A stretch of DNA of 64,000 nt, taken from assembly GCA_050084985.1 (NCBI GenBank), contig JBITNC010000001.1:6448001-6512000 (forward strand), read 5' to 3'. Under the pieces are notes generated by a model. The model had not been told where the DNA came from. It was given only the letters and a program-made list of their open reading frames with translations, and did no database searches. Shown piece by piece: positions 14,201 through 26,899 of this stretch (the first letter of the stretch is position 1; each line of letters begins with the position of its first letter). Origin of the DNA: Nageia nagi. Its lineage: Eukaryota; Plantae; Pinophyta. The position numbers and the translations under genes are program-made.

Positions 14201-14958
14201 AAACATCCTTTGGACAAGCATTATTATTGTTTCTAAAATCAATGCAAATTCTTATCTCTCTAGTAGGTTTAGTAAAATAATAATATTAGCCATCCATTCT
14301 GAATAATCTATAGGCCTAATGAAACTAGCATTCAAGTATTTATCAATCTCTTTCTTTACTAATAGTGCTTTATAAGAGTGCATTTTTCTTGGTTTTTTTT
14401 ACGAGTTTTGCTCCTTTTTTGAGTGATAAACTATGCATGAAAAAGGATAGATCAAAATTAGGAATATCAAAAAAATACCATGCAAAATTCTTAATACATT
14501 TAATAAATTTATTTTTGTACCTCTCTTGTTGTTTGTAGGAAGAGTAGCTCCAATCTTGATCATTCTTTCTTGGTCGCTTGTACCAATATTGACATTAAAT
14601 AACTTCTTGATAGAAAAAACCAACTCATCTTACTTTTGTAATAAAGAAGGTAATTCTTCTAATCTTGGAACATCATGAACTTCATCATCAACTTTCTACA
14701 CTTGAAACACCTCATTGAAATTTTCCTTTTGCCCAAAGTAACCATGTTGAATAAGGACAGATTTTGATTGTCTTTTTATGTTTCATTTGGGCAACTCAAA
14801 ATGTGCCCCCATGTATTCCAATAGATCATCAATAGAAAAATAATCAAACTCAAGAGGAATAGTATCATCAATCCATGATTCTTCATTAATATCATCACAA
14901 AGCTCTATCATGGTACATTCTAGAATAAACTTTATATGTCCCACCATGATTGCCATTT

Positions 14959-16143
14959 TGTAAGCCTTAAAAGATCCTTCACAAACAAGAGGTTAGGGTA
15001 CTATTTACAACAAAACCTCAAGGTATAAAGAGCTTATTTAGTATATTTTTTATAGAGTTAATCTTGATGCTCAAATGGCCATACTAAGGATGAAAGATGG
15101 TATGTTGTTGATCTTGATGTATCTATGGAGACCTGCAAAATAAAATATGTTAAATGGAAGCCTCTAACTACAAGTCCTTTAGACCTTGTAGCCAATCAAG
15201 TAGGGAAAGCCCTAGCTCAAAAGGAGAGTAGGCCCCCTTTTCCACATTCAAATGGATGGCAAAAAGACAAGGAACTATCCTTAAATGCAAGATGATATGC
15301 TCTTTCCCTATTGCTAATGATGAATGATATTGACAAATACTAAATGATGTGACAAGAATGGTGACAAAATGGTAATAAATGATATTTATGTTATAATCAA
15401 TACCCAACAAATAAGCAAGATAATGATATAAACACAATATTTATGTTATAATTAATACCCAATATGCTTTACACAATGATAAGCTACAATGATCAAAAGG
15501 GTATGCTCACATATACAAAAAAAATACAACTATGATGAATCTTTACAATTCTTTAAGTCCATAATGATAATAACCTAAAGGATGCCTAAATGTCCCACAA
15601 TGCATATGCAAATAAGCAAATCTATTTTATAATGAAGGATACAAATACTCTTGAAGCTCTCCAATACCTGTAAAACCTTCACACAAACAAGATATATGCA
15701 TGTATGTTCATAATTCACAAGAAAGATACCTCCAACCCACCATAAGTAGGGTGAGACAACCTTGTAAATGCTAGTCAATGGTGGATTTCTTGCAAAATCC
15801 TAACTGATGGTGATATGGGCTCAATTTTTCTTATTCATGTTCATCTCTGCTCTGTAAGTGCTCTACAAAATCAAGAAACTTCATGAAAAAATGACTAAGA
15901 TCTACAAAATGATGTCCTAACTACCTTTTTATAAAAAGGATAGTCAATATCGTATAGATGATTATGCAATCGTCCAAACGGTTATGATATCAGGATTGTC
16001 CTGACCAATCACTTGGATGGTTATGATATCAAGATCATCCTAACCAGTTGTCTGGATGGTTATGACCTCAAGATCATCCGAACCAATCGTCTAGATGGTT
16101 AGATCCTTTGACAGTTTTTTATGTTTGAAGGAACCAAAATACA
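14959..16143. mobile_element. Probable solo LTR or LTR fragment inserted in Tat element A
   Basis: TGTAAG...AATACA boundaries; non-coding; pol-like sequence resumes on both sides. No convincing TSD. Confidence 0.5.
15980..16102. repeat. 39-bp tandem repeat, ~3 copies
   Basis: ggttatgatatcaggattgtcctgaccaatcacttggat / ggttatgatatcaagatcatcctaaccagttgtctggat / ggttatgacctcaagatcatccgaaccaatcgtctagat. Confidence 0.9.
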
Positions 16144-16803
16144 TTTTTGGGTTGTTTATAGATTCTTCATCAATATCATCACAAAGCTTTATCATGGTAC
16201 ATTTTGGAACAAACTTTATATGTCCTAATGTTTTCTTAATGTTTTTATCACTACCCAACCCTTTTTATCTTTTCAAGCACCTAGATAAGTAGAAAAAGAA
16301 GGTATCCCTTGTTCTGATTTTCCTAATCCTCCCCCTTTATAATTACAATTTCGCATCATGTACTTTTTTGCAAAACAAGATGGAAAAAGAGTACAAGTAT
16401 TACCCAAATTATATCTCAAAGCTTCATCCTTTTTTTGAGCATGAATAGGAGATAAGGATGATGAAGAGCAAGAACCACATGAGTCTCCTTCATTATCATG
16501 GCATGGATGCCCTTCAACATAGCACTAACATTGTTCAAACTACAATATTTTTGATCATCCAAGGTCTTTTACAGAAGGTAATGGATCTAAATTTTGAATT
16601 CTATAGTTCCCATGCTTGAATATGCAATCTGAATATTTGTATCTACTTTTATTAATGTTGACTAAATCCCTCTTGAAGTTACATCAAACAATTTAGCATG
16701 ATGCATATCTAATTCTTCAATATCCAAATATGCTAAGTTACATAGTGAATAAGACTCAAAATCCCCAAGTATTGTACGTATCTTCCCCTCATATTCAAAA
16801 TTA

Positions 16804-18409
16804 TGTAGGATTCAAGAAGAATCTAATCAAGGGAGAGAAGTGATGGTGGAGATAAAATAGAGAATTGATGGTAGCGTGAGTTGAGAGCCTCTGGGCATAG
16901 GCATGATGAGGACTTGAATGCTATCATGAGATGAGAAAGAAAGACAAGGAAGTTTAAATAGATCATGAGGTTAGAAGACACATGCACTTGCATAGAAGGT
17001 AGGAGAATGTAAGGGATAGAAGAAGAAAAAAAGAATTGTAAGTTAAGGTGATTACAATAGCAAATTGTGTAGGTGTTTTATGGATGCTCACACAAACATA
17101 GAGGAATCTAGATTATGCATTCCATTTTTAGGTGAGTTGGGTTTGCATTATAAACATTAAAAGAACATACCATGACTTAGCATGAAATATTTAATGGCCA
17201 TTATCTCCAGCACTAGGCATGGTTGTGCTAGGTTATGAAGTCACAATTGTACATTGTGTATTTGTTATATTATGTTTAAAGGAAAATGCATTTCAAAGAG
17301 TTGATGTTGGCTAGTAGGAAGAGTACCAAGAGCATATTAGTAATTTTAAGTGATATGTTTGCATGGATGAGCTACCGATAGATGTATTCTAATATTGGAA
17401 TTGAAATTATCATATATACATGGTTACTTGATTGAAGGGTTATAAGAGTATATCCTAATTGGCTTGGTGGGCAAAGCATGGAGTTGTGAGTACCTTGTTA
17501 GTATCATTAGTATTATGTGCATTGGAAGCCATTAAAGCTATCATCATTAAGTTAGGGCTATGCATGATATTATGACAGTCACTCTACATCCTAGAGATAC
17601 ACATAGGTATGAGTCATTATACATTGCATTTTGTTTATGTAATGTGATTAATAGTTGCATACTTCATGGGTAAATGCATGATAAAAGTTATTTACACAAC
17701 AATAAGTTAGCAAAGTATTTAGAACAATGTGATGAATAGAAATTTTAATACCTTCATGAGTAATAACATGGAGAGTGACATGTTGTAATAAATTATACTT
17801 GCAATGGAAATAGAAAGAAAGATGTATTCTTCCATGAGTTAAAGCATGGAGAGTATCAAAATATGATTGATTATATTTGCATTGAATTTTATTTAATATA
17901 TTGAAATTGAATGAAATATACTACCATGTGTATATGCATGATAGATTATATTGGAAAGAAATTGAATTGCATTTTGTTAAATGTAGTAAATATGGAAGAT
18001 ATATGCCTTCATGGAAAAGAAGCATGATGGGTAACAAGTTGTAAATCATGTACATTAAACATTATACATATAATGGAAGCATAGGCTTGTGATGAAAACT
18101 TCCATGAGGATAGGCATGGAATGATATTGTTGAATGTAAATTTATTGTAAATATAAACTTACATGAGAAAAAGCATGAGTAGAAACAACTTGGGATGCAT
18201 AGGCATCGTAGTTTCACTATTGTATAAGAGATGAACATAAGTGTTGGGCAACATTGTTGGCTATGTAAATATGGAACTAAGAATTAATAAAATGAAAATT
18301 TTAAAATACCTATAGCTCAGAAAGTGGGTTTCTTCTTAGTTTATCCCCAAGAATTTTTTCCCACTATAAACCAAATACTAGTGTCAAATGTTGAATGGTT
18401 ATTGTATTT
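16804..18409 (+). mobile_element. LTR-like sequence, interrupted at 18410; a short remainder may continue at 19999-~20062
   Basis: Starts TGTAG where Tat pol stops; degenerate 'catg' sub-repeats; TATA-like tgtataa (~18221) and a U5-like block at ~18325-18390. No TSD found. Confidence 0.45.
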
Positions 18410-19998
18410 TGTAAAATCCCAAAAATTCTCTAATGTGGAAATTAGCCAAATAATCATCAACAATTATCAAATAAGCAATGCTAAGGTCAAATAACTCACT
18501 CCCAAGCCCAATCTCACACTAGGGCATCCAGTTATCATGCAACAACACCACAAATGGAGCCTAGGAACATGATGTTACACACCTAGGGCATTAACAAACC
18601 CAACGACCTACCTCCAATGTAATAAATGACTTCCAAGCATAAAAAATCACACTCAAAATGATAATAATACTGCAAATAAACCTCAAAATGAGACAAGATA
18701 GATGGAGATCCAATGCAAATGCTCTCAAATAGCTGAAATGAAGGAATTACAAGCAATACCAATGCCCAAAGGGCTCAACGTTGACCTCCAAGAGCTAACT
18801 AGGGAACACAATGTGCAAAACGTGATCACTGAAGGAAATATGTTACTATGGAGTCTTCAACTTTAGATCCGCAATATACAACAATGGTAGAACAATCACA
18901 CTCTACTAGATCTATGGATGCCACACTAAAGGGCTCCCTCATAGACTAGCTCCCGACACTAGAGAATAAGTGCAATTTTGGAATGCCACCGGATGGATTC
19001 AAATATTATGACCACTTATGGGCACCTCAAACAAGGGCAAGCCTCATGAGCAAGAACAACCACCTTAACTACAAGTCAGAAGGTGTTCCATGCCTCTTAA
19101 ACTTTACCTTGAACTACATGCTCAAGGGTGCTTGACATCGCCAAGTCTTTAGGAACACCAAAAAGAAGAAATAATTTCAATATAAAATTGAGCATATCCT
19201 CACAATGGTGTTCCGAGGCCTTATATAACACTTCCTAGATTTGGATCTCACCTAGGAGTCATCACCCCAACCTCCAAGTCCAACGTTAGCCTCCTAAAGG
19301 CCCTCAAATGCCAAAACATGGGGTTAGATGTGTCCTCCAATGCGCCAAGATATCATGCATATGCCTCTCTAATCTAGCGTTGCCTAGGGATACCAATAAT
19401 CACATTTAGATATGCAAAGCCTCATTATAGGAGACTAATATTGCATTTACAATTATTAATTGCCTTGGAATCATATATTACAACTCATACAAGTGGCCCC
19501 CATTATAATGCACTAAATCTACTCTTAACTATCAAACTCACACCTAACTACCATCACTAGCAAACTCATATCCCAAGGAGAGGGACATCACACTCCAAGG
19601 GGCCGATATGGAGACGTTCTCAGATTTCTATGCATGAACGTGGTATGGAAGATTGGTCCCACTAGTGAACTTCAAGAGGCCATAACTCTTTCGTTTCCTA
19701 ATGAAACCATGTCATATAACATGTCAAAACATTTCCCATTAGCTGCTCTATCCAATGAAGAAGTATAATCAACCATCCAAAACCTATGGCGAACGCCATC
19801 TCCAAGTACATCAAATTAACAATAAATAATTCATCCTAAGCTTGGGAGGAAAACGTCCCACTTTAGGGCCCACAATGTGGGTCAGTAGGACCATTATTAT
19901 TCTATCCCAAGTTACTACTAATGTAAAAATAAATTATTTACAAAAGGAACACCTAGGATCCCAAATTTCTCTAATTTTGGTCAAAAAGGGATGTTACA
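18410..19998. mobile_element. Solo LTR (~1.6 kb, gypsy-like)
   Basis: Terminal inverted repeats TGTAAAATCCC...GGGATGTTACA; flanks TATTT/TGTTC are compatible with a decayed 5-bp TSD; no internal domain adjacent. Confidence 0.7.
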
Positions 19999-20399
19999 TG
20001 TTCTATTACATTTTTTTTTTTTTTTTATTTTTTTTTGTATAAATATTGCTTACATTACTACAACTGGACCCATACCCCACCACTAGGGTACCCATCATTA
20101 GGTTGCATTTTTTATTATGTATGTTATTATTTGGAAAATAATTAATTTTATTATTATGTTATTAACATTGGAAACACTTAAACTTGGAATCTACAAACAA
20201 AAATATGTTATATTATTATTTTTGTAACATTTGGTTGAATTATGTTATTTACATAATTGGAGATGGATTGAAAAAGATAAGATAGGTCAATAAATATGAT
20301 TTTGAAATATAATGACTCAATTAGAAGCCAACATATGCTTAGGAAAATATAACTTGATTAGGACATTTTCAATTAAGTCCTTATAATATTTTACTAGTT

Positions 20400-22205
20400 T
20401 ATGTACCAACTTGAAAAGAGACCCTTGCAGAGACAGAAAATTGTACAAAGTCTTATTTCATGAAAAACATAGATAACGACAAAGTGTAAGGTTAAAAGGC
20501 CTATCTTGCATGTATGGAAATGACTTAGAGTAAAACTAAGCTCTTGATTAGAAGGAAACACACAAAGGTCTCATTCAAGAGTCCTATTTACATCATTGGA
20601 AAGTTGAACCAGAATCAATATAAGACTAATCTTAAGGTTATGAACATGTGATCTTAGCATCTACTTCTAAACAATCCTTCATAGAATGAACTTAGTTCTA
20701 CATGAATTACTAAATAGTAAAATAGTATTCATGGGGATTAAAGCTTACTTTATGGAACCACCTTAGATACCTAATTGTTTTAGGTGATGTTATTCTTAAA
20801 AAAACAATGGGGTGGTTTCTAGAGAGGGCTCTTACAATATGACAAATTTCATGGAGCTAATGGTCATTCAAGCCATTTCAAGGACTTGGAAAGAAGGCCA
20901 AGTGCAAGTGGGGAAAAACAAATTTGAGATCTCGATGTAAATAATTGCATAAGTTACAGGTCTCAACACAATGGGTAGAAGGCATATGAACAAGAATAAA
21001 TCCACGAAGTAAGATATCAATGTCTTCAAAGGAAATGGAGATAGTGATTATACCCTTTTTCCGCAATGAATGGGAGAGACCCTCCCACAACCTTGAAACC
21101 ATATTGTGAAGGCTATTATGCAATATATCACCATGGAAGGCAAACACCCCATTGTCTATGCCTACCATTTCATAATGATGAATCATTTTTGCTGAGGCAA
21201 ATCATATAGCTTTTTGTTCAATTCAATTCAAAATCCAATTGCACTAGTCCAATCTAGAAAAGAAATGGATCTTATGCATCAATGCCTCCTTACCCTTCTC
21301 TATAGGCATGCAATTGGTTCCATGCCATGCATTAACCTTTCCCCTACACAAACCAATAATCCATCACCCCACAAACTTGCAGATTTGAGCCCCAAAAAGA
21401 GGAAGGCTAAATCTAAGGAAAGCAACACATGCCTTGCAAAAGGCCCTATCAAAATCCCTAAGAAAACCCCCATTTTAAAGGATAGCTCAAGGCACAGCAT
21501 GAGGTTGAAGAAATCCCACTCAAGCACCTCCACTAATCTTCCACCTCCCTTCTCCATCAACCTCCCTCCACTCTCTTACTAATTCTCCTTTACCCTCACC
21601 CATCCACTCTACCATTCACTCACCCCTACACCTTTCACCCATTCTTTCCTCACTCTACACCCCCCTCCTCCCACTCTACCACCCCCTTCCTACCCTTTGC
21701 CCCCTCTTTCACCTACTTCTCCCCAACATATTGATTTTGCATCGATTCCTCCCTCAAAAGCTCCCTTAAATGTCACTCCGCTAAATTCTAAGACCAAATC
21801 CAAGAGCCGAACCAAGGAGATGACAAAGCATAGCTCCAAGAAAAACAAAAAGGATTGCATAAGCAAAGACTTAAAGGAAGTAACAACCAAGAGCAAGGAG
21901 GAGGAAGCAATGTAAAGGAAGTAACAACCAAGAGCAAGGAGGAGGAAGCAATGTAAAGGAAGTAACAACCAAGAGCAAGGAGGAAGCAATGTTAAGTGAA
22001 GCACTTTAGGATCACATGCAAACTAATTACAAGACCAATAATGCATTTGAATAACCCTACAAAAACATGATCTATTTCCTTTTGTTATACTATGTTTTAT
22101 TCTATGTATTTCGAGACTACTCTAGTAGATCCACTAATTTTTTATTGTTTAAATAGGTTTTGGGTTCTTGTCTAAACAAATCGTTTTGTTAATCAATAAA
22201 AAAAT
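20400..22205 (+). mobile_element. 5'-truncated LINE 3' end (decayed ORF2 C-terminus, low-complexity 3' region, A-rich tail)
   Basis: Decayed RNase H-like end at ~21180-21212; Pro/Lys-rich low-complexity ORFs; ends ttttgttaatcaataaaaaaa. 5' boundary approximate. Confidence 0.5.
21872..21993. repeat. 41-bp tandem repeat x3
   Basis: taaaggaagtaacaaccaagagcaaggaggaggaagcaatg repeated with period 41 (GGAAGTAAC at 21876, 21917, 21958); third copy lacks one GGA. Confidence 0.95.
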
Positions 22206-23501
22206 AACAAATTAGATTTTTTTTATAAATTTAGCATTATCTTCATTGCATATTGTTCTAAATGGGTCCATCTAGGTGAAAATCCAATTTATAAATCTTT
22301 TCTAAAAAATACTTATTTCATAAAAATATCATTAAAAAAAAGCACAATATCTTCTATCATTGCAACTGAATCGCAAAAACATCTAAGAAGCCAAAGCGCA
22401 ACTCTCAAAAGTAGCATAACTTGCAAGGAACATCCAAACCAAAATTTCCAATGTTCCAACACTCAAGGTCTAATGTTCTAACATCTAAGTTAGAACCTCC
22501 AACACTCTAGACTCATAGGCCCAAAACAGGGATGCTCTTGTCCTGAGCCTCAACCACCTCTGCAACTGAACATGTTCATTTCAAAATGTTTGCGCCTCTG
22601 TTCTAGCATTATCCAAAGCAAAATAATCTTCAAAATCATCATTTTCCTAGCATTAAATGTACATTGTAATTTTATTAGTTACACCTTGTATTAGTGCTAG
22701 TTAGTTTTCACCAGGCACATTTTATCGACTTATTTTGATAAAAATGATATGTAAAATAATTATAAGATCTGGAAATAGTTGCCATGCAAGCCTTAATCTC
22801 ACAATTGCGTAACCTGTAACAAAATCAAAATTGCCAACATAAAAATAATTCTTTCTAATTTTTATGAAAGGATTGCTTTGGAGTTTAAACTAATATCAAT
22901 ATATATCTGATTCAAATATGGTGTTTTCTAGCTCATAAAATGCAACCAGCCTTAGTGGCAGTAAATATTATTGTCCACCTCAGGCCAGATAGCCCTTAGC
23001 CACTGAGTAAAAGATAATCTAGGGTAGATAGATATTTTATGTTAACAATTTTCCAACAGAAAGGTTAGTCTACAACGTAGTAAAATTTGAAGTCAAAATC
23101 TTTGATCTTATGATGCCTAGTTACATGTTCCAATCTGTAAAACAAAACAAAAAAGTAAAAAGCACAAAATAACAACAAAGCATTTTGATTTCTACAGAAA
23201 AGCCACTACAGAGGATGCAACAACATTTCTTCTAAAACATGTAAGTATTGTACTTAAGACACAAGGTGAAAAATGCCTAAATAATACTGGAAGGCCTTAG
23301 TTAATCTTCAGACTTAATGATAAGATTTGGCTATAATTTCATGATAATTTAGAGTAGAAAAGTGTCAAAAGACTAGTTTTTATGTTGATTCCCAGTAAGA
23401 CGCCGATGATATTTCTAGGCTTATTAAGGAAAACAGACCAAATTGCTATATACAATATATAACAATAGCAGAAGCCAATGATATAAGGCAGGCACCATAG
23501 A

Positions 23502-23841
23502 TTACTTTGTAGCCTCTGCAAGCGAAAGCTGATTGCTCTCGATTCTGCATAGAAATGAACGGGCACATTTAGAATCTTGATTGAATGAAAGCTTTGCATC
23601 TGAAGATCCTTGAAAAGTGCCCTTGCCTTCAGGTTCCAAATCATCTGCACCTTTTCGTGCAAAATCATCATCCTCATTTCTGTGACAGATTTCTGAATGC
23701 AATGATGCAAGGTCAGGCGGTATAGCATTCTGTCCGTTATGCATATTGAAAATAGGAGCTTTCAAAGTAGTAAGACTATTCTTATCACGTACTAATGGAT
23801 CAGGTCTTGAAGAAGGAACATAAGAGGAGGAAGAATGCAAT
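23502..23841 (-). CDS. Host gene, last coding exon (BRI1-KD interacting protein 128-like, uncharacterised plant protein)
   Basis: Acceptor tctgcAG at 23843-23842; phase matches the previous exon (AG|A = Arg); ends 'DSKCARSFL...LSLAEATK*', similar to the family C-terminus as I recall it. Confidence 0.85.
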
Positions 23842-23936
23842 CTGCAGACGATAATTCACAATTCCATCTTCAAATGGCAACCCACTTCATAGAATATATG
23901 AATGAAACACTTGGAACATGGAATAACAGAAATTAC

Positions 23937-24208
23937 CTTGAATAAACAATATCCGTATTGAAATTGGGTTCATACATAAGCAGTTTATGACTCTCAATGC
24001 TTCCACTTCCATGGCTTGATTTACCCTTGTGCTTGTTCTTATGGTCCTTTCTTGACTGGTAGCTATGATATGCTCTAACCGTATGTGAAACAGAGGTGCG
24101 AGGAGGTTCATGCACATCTGGGGCCCACTTCACACACAGCTTTGGTCTAGGTCCCAAACCATTCTTTTCATGGCCTCCACGTATTGCAGGTGTTAACTTG
24201 AACAACGG
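23937..24208 (-). CDS. Host gene, middle coding exon
   Basis: Acceptor tttttcAG at 24210-24209, donor AG|GTAATT at 23936; encodes 'PLFKLTPAIRGGHEKNG..KLCVKWAPDVHEPPRTSVSHTV', matching the recalled family motif SAMKGSREK..KLSVTWAPDVYDP. Confidence 0.9.
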
Positions 24209-24705
24209 CTGAAAAACACCATACATAAGCCTAGACTGGTGCAAAAATTGCAAAACAACTAAAAGCCCAAAGTTCAAAGAGAGCTACATGTTCTCTTGAA
24301 GAATGTTTAGAAGAGGGGATATTTGCTTGATCAAATGAAAAGGAAATGCAAATTTTACCAAGCATGGTTCTGAAAATGATCACAGAAATGTTCTAACTTC
24401 TAAGCAATAATGGATTGCACTTGTTTGAAGCATAAAATGTAAAATTCCAACATCATAGAACACCAAATATAATATAAAAGACATTTAGTACTCTGTATTC
24501 AAAGATATGCAAGGTACAGAACATGAACATGCCACTGGTGCATGCTCGTGCTTGAACTCCAATGAATTAGAAGTAGTCCGAACTGGTAACTGAATTGTAA
24601 ACAAATTTTAAGATAAGCTGCAAATAACAAAGTGTAACATGATTTAAATGATAAAACTAGAACGTAATTGACATGCATTTGATGCCATAATGAAGAATGT
24701 CTTAC

Positions 24706-25428
24706 TGGAAAAGATACTGTCCGAGCGTAAATGGAACTCTTTCCACCAGGACATCCATATTCATATTCACGGCGAGTCTCATTTTCACTCTCGAGCTTTT
24801 CAACCTCCAAATTCAGCACATTCTTGGAAGATATAGCATCATTAGAAGAGACTGGAAATGTTGCACTCCTAGACAAGGTTCCGCACATAACTGCACTTTT
24901 TGCGTCCAACAATGGCTTTTTCTGTTCTATTTTCTTTTGTTCATCTTGATTAAAAGCAAATATTTGGTTTGGATTTTTTGTAGATCCTTTGCGCTTTTTC
25001 CTCCTTTTCTTCTTGTCTTTGCATGACAAATCAGCCCCCATCTGAGAAAGGTCTGTACATAATGCTTGTTTATCAGCATTGCTTATATTCAGATCCACTT
25101 CAAGAGCTTGACTTAAATCCTCCATTGGAGAATCCTCTGCATCTGAATACAAAGCTTCATCGTAATCATTTTTGCTCTTTACCATCAAATTCACTTCAAG
25201 AGAATTTCCAACATCATTTTGCATGTCATCGTTAAAATGGCTGTCCTTCAAATCTGATACATCATTTTGCTTGTACTTGGGGATGAATGGAATTCCCTTT
25301 TCAAAATCACCAGGCATTTGAAAATACTTTTCTGCTATGAGATTACTATATGTATAATTTGACAAACCAGACAAGATCTCACAATCATGCATACATTCAC
25401 TCACTTCCAAATTTGTTTGCACTGACAT
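24706..25428 (-). CDS. Host gene, first coding exon (241 codons); spliced product 444 aa
   Basis: Intact ORF; acceptor cttttgcAG at 25431-25430, one base before the ATG; phase-0 donor CCA|GTAAGA at 24705; basic cluster KKKRRKKRK; motifs RSATFP and RTVSFP. 723+272+340 = 1335 nt. Confidence 0.9.
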
Positions 25429-26197
25429 TCTGCAAAAGTAATGGTGTCAATGAAGCAATTACAGCTGCCTAAGTCACTGATTTTGACTAAGGATTATTCA
25501 CAGAAATAATAATCATAAATATTTATTGTCATAAACAAAAAATTGAGTAAATGTCAAAATTTGGACATCATTTATTGCAGAGCTAACATCCATTTATATG
25601 TACAAAGTCTTTGCATGAAAAATGCAGGTAATGTTGAAAAAGCAAAGGAAAATTGAGAAATCATCTCTTCCTTCCCATGAAAAGGATACATAAACATATT
25701 CATATAACTTGTCAAACCAAGTAAATGTACAATTCCTGCTTGCAAGACTCATCTTACTAAACCTCGAAAAATGGAATTCCATATGTTATTTAAGGGCCAA
25801 ACAAAATTATTTAATATATCTTCAAGATCAAACAAAGTACAAAAAACACAGGCACACAATTTTAAACACATTTTCTCATCTTTCATTGAAGCTGCTCTAG
25901 AATTCCCAGAGAAGGCATTCATCACCAAAGCTATTTAATTTCTAACCAAGAAGTATAAAAAAAGATAAATTGTTGGTTGGATTTTGTGCTTAAGTTTTCA
26001 AGCAATGGAGCTTTTGTAGCAAAGGCACAGGTCAAATCCGCAAGAAGAATGCCATTGAAGCAACATAAAGCATCCAATTTTGCATTAGATGCACCTCAAT
26101 GCTCAAAGCCAAGTACAAGTTTTTGATGATTTTGACAGAACGATGCCCTTAACTATTGCATACTTGGTGAAGATAAAGGCCCCACCATGGTTAAAAT

Positions 26198-26875
26198 CAG
26201 TGTTCCTCGAAGATCCCTGGAAGGAAACAACAGGGTTCTGAGGGATGCATTTCAGGTACAGCTGAGATCTGGACAGATTTTGGGTTCGGCTGCTGAATGG
26301 CTAGGAGATGGCATATTAAAATGTTTAAAAAAAATCAGATATATAATACATATTTCTGATTTTTAAATATTCTTATGAGATGAATTATTTAAATATAATT
26401 TAAAGTATTAAATATATTTTTAAAATTTTAAATATTAAATGTTTAGTATTTAGATATATTTTGGAATATTAAAATATTAAATGTATTTATTATTTTAAAA
26501 TATTAAATAATACACCTTTCTTTTTTAAGCTGATTTGTTTTCCTTTAATAACAACCTTCTGCAAGTTTCTCTAATCCGCTTTAAGACTTGTATTTCTTTT
26601 TTCAGAGTCACTTTATGTCACAGCTATGAAAAGAATTTAAAGAAACTAAGAAAATATAAGTTTATGAAAATGAAATAGTAATTCCAATAACTGAAAGAAA
26701 CTAAGAATTAAAAAAAAAAGTTTTGGGGACAATAAGAGTCTCCAAAATGCCTTGGGGACGATTAGGAGTCTCCAAGACATCTCAAGGACAACTAGGAGTC
26801 TCCAGGATGCCTAGAAGTCTCCTCGAAAGTCCCCAAATGGGAAACATTTCCAACTCAAGTCCCTCGTACAGGAGT
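26198..26875. mobile_element. Possible non-autonomous DNA transposon (hAT/MITE-like) with a ~30-bp subterminal tandem repeat at 26724-26820
   Basis: GC-richer ends around a very AT-rich core; ggacaataagagtctcca / ggacgattaggagtctcca / ggacaactaggagtctcca. TIR pair and TSD not found. Confidence 0.4.
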
Positions 26876-26899
26876 TGCCAACAAAAGAAGCAGCACGCC

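Larger units (their letters stand above)
11417..16800 (-). mobile_element. Tat-clade gypsy pol, element A (protease end, G-patch, RT, RNase H, second RNase H, integrase), degenerate; interrupted at ~14959-16143
   Basis: Integrase 'HEGPCGGH..MGYYW' (12228-12557); RNase H 'ERAIYYLNKTLLEYEIRYS' (13346-13639); extra RNase H 'IYGDSQ' (~12960) and 'NNIYGDAM' (~12810); RT motifs 13700-14400; G-patch ~16300-16375. Confidence 0.88.

Noticed and set aside
21214-22004. Pro/Lys-rich ORFs as host genes
   Set aside because: Low-complexity, open on both strands, within a probable LINE 3' region.
24499-24705. C-terminal 68 aa of the 309-aa ORF
   Set aside because: Read-through into the intron past the GTAAGA donor at 24705; family-like sequence continues in the 24208 exon.
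23339-25235. Overlapping or antisense ORFs (23339-23728, 23887-24117, 24697-25026, 24731-24949, 25023-25235)
   Set aside because: Shadow frames of the real exons with no independent motifs.
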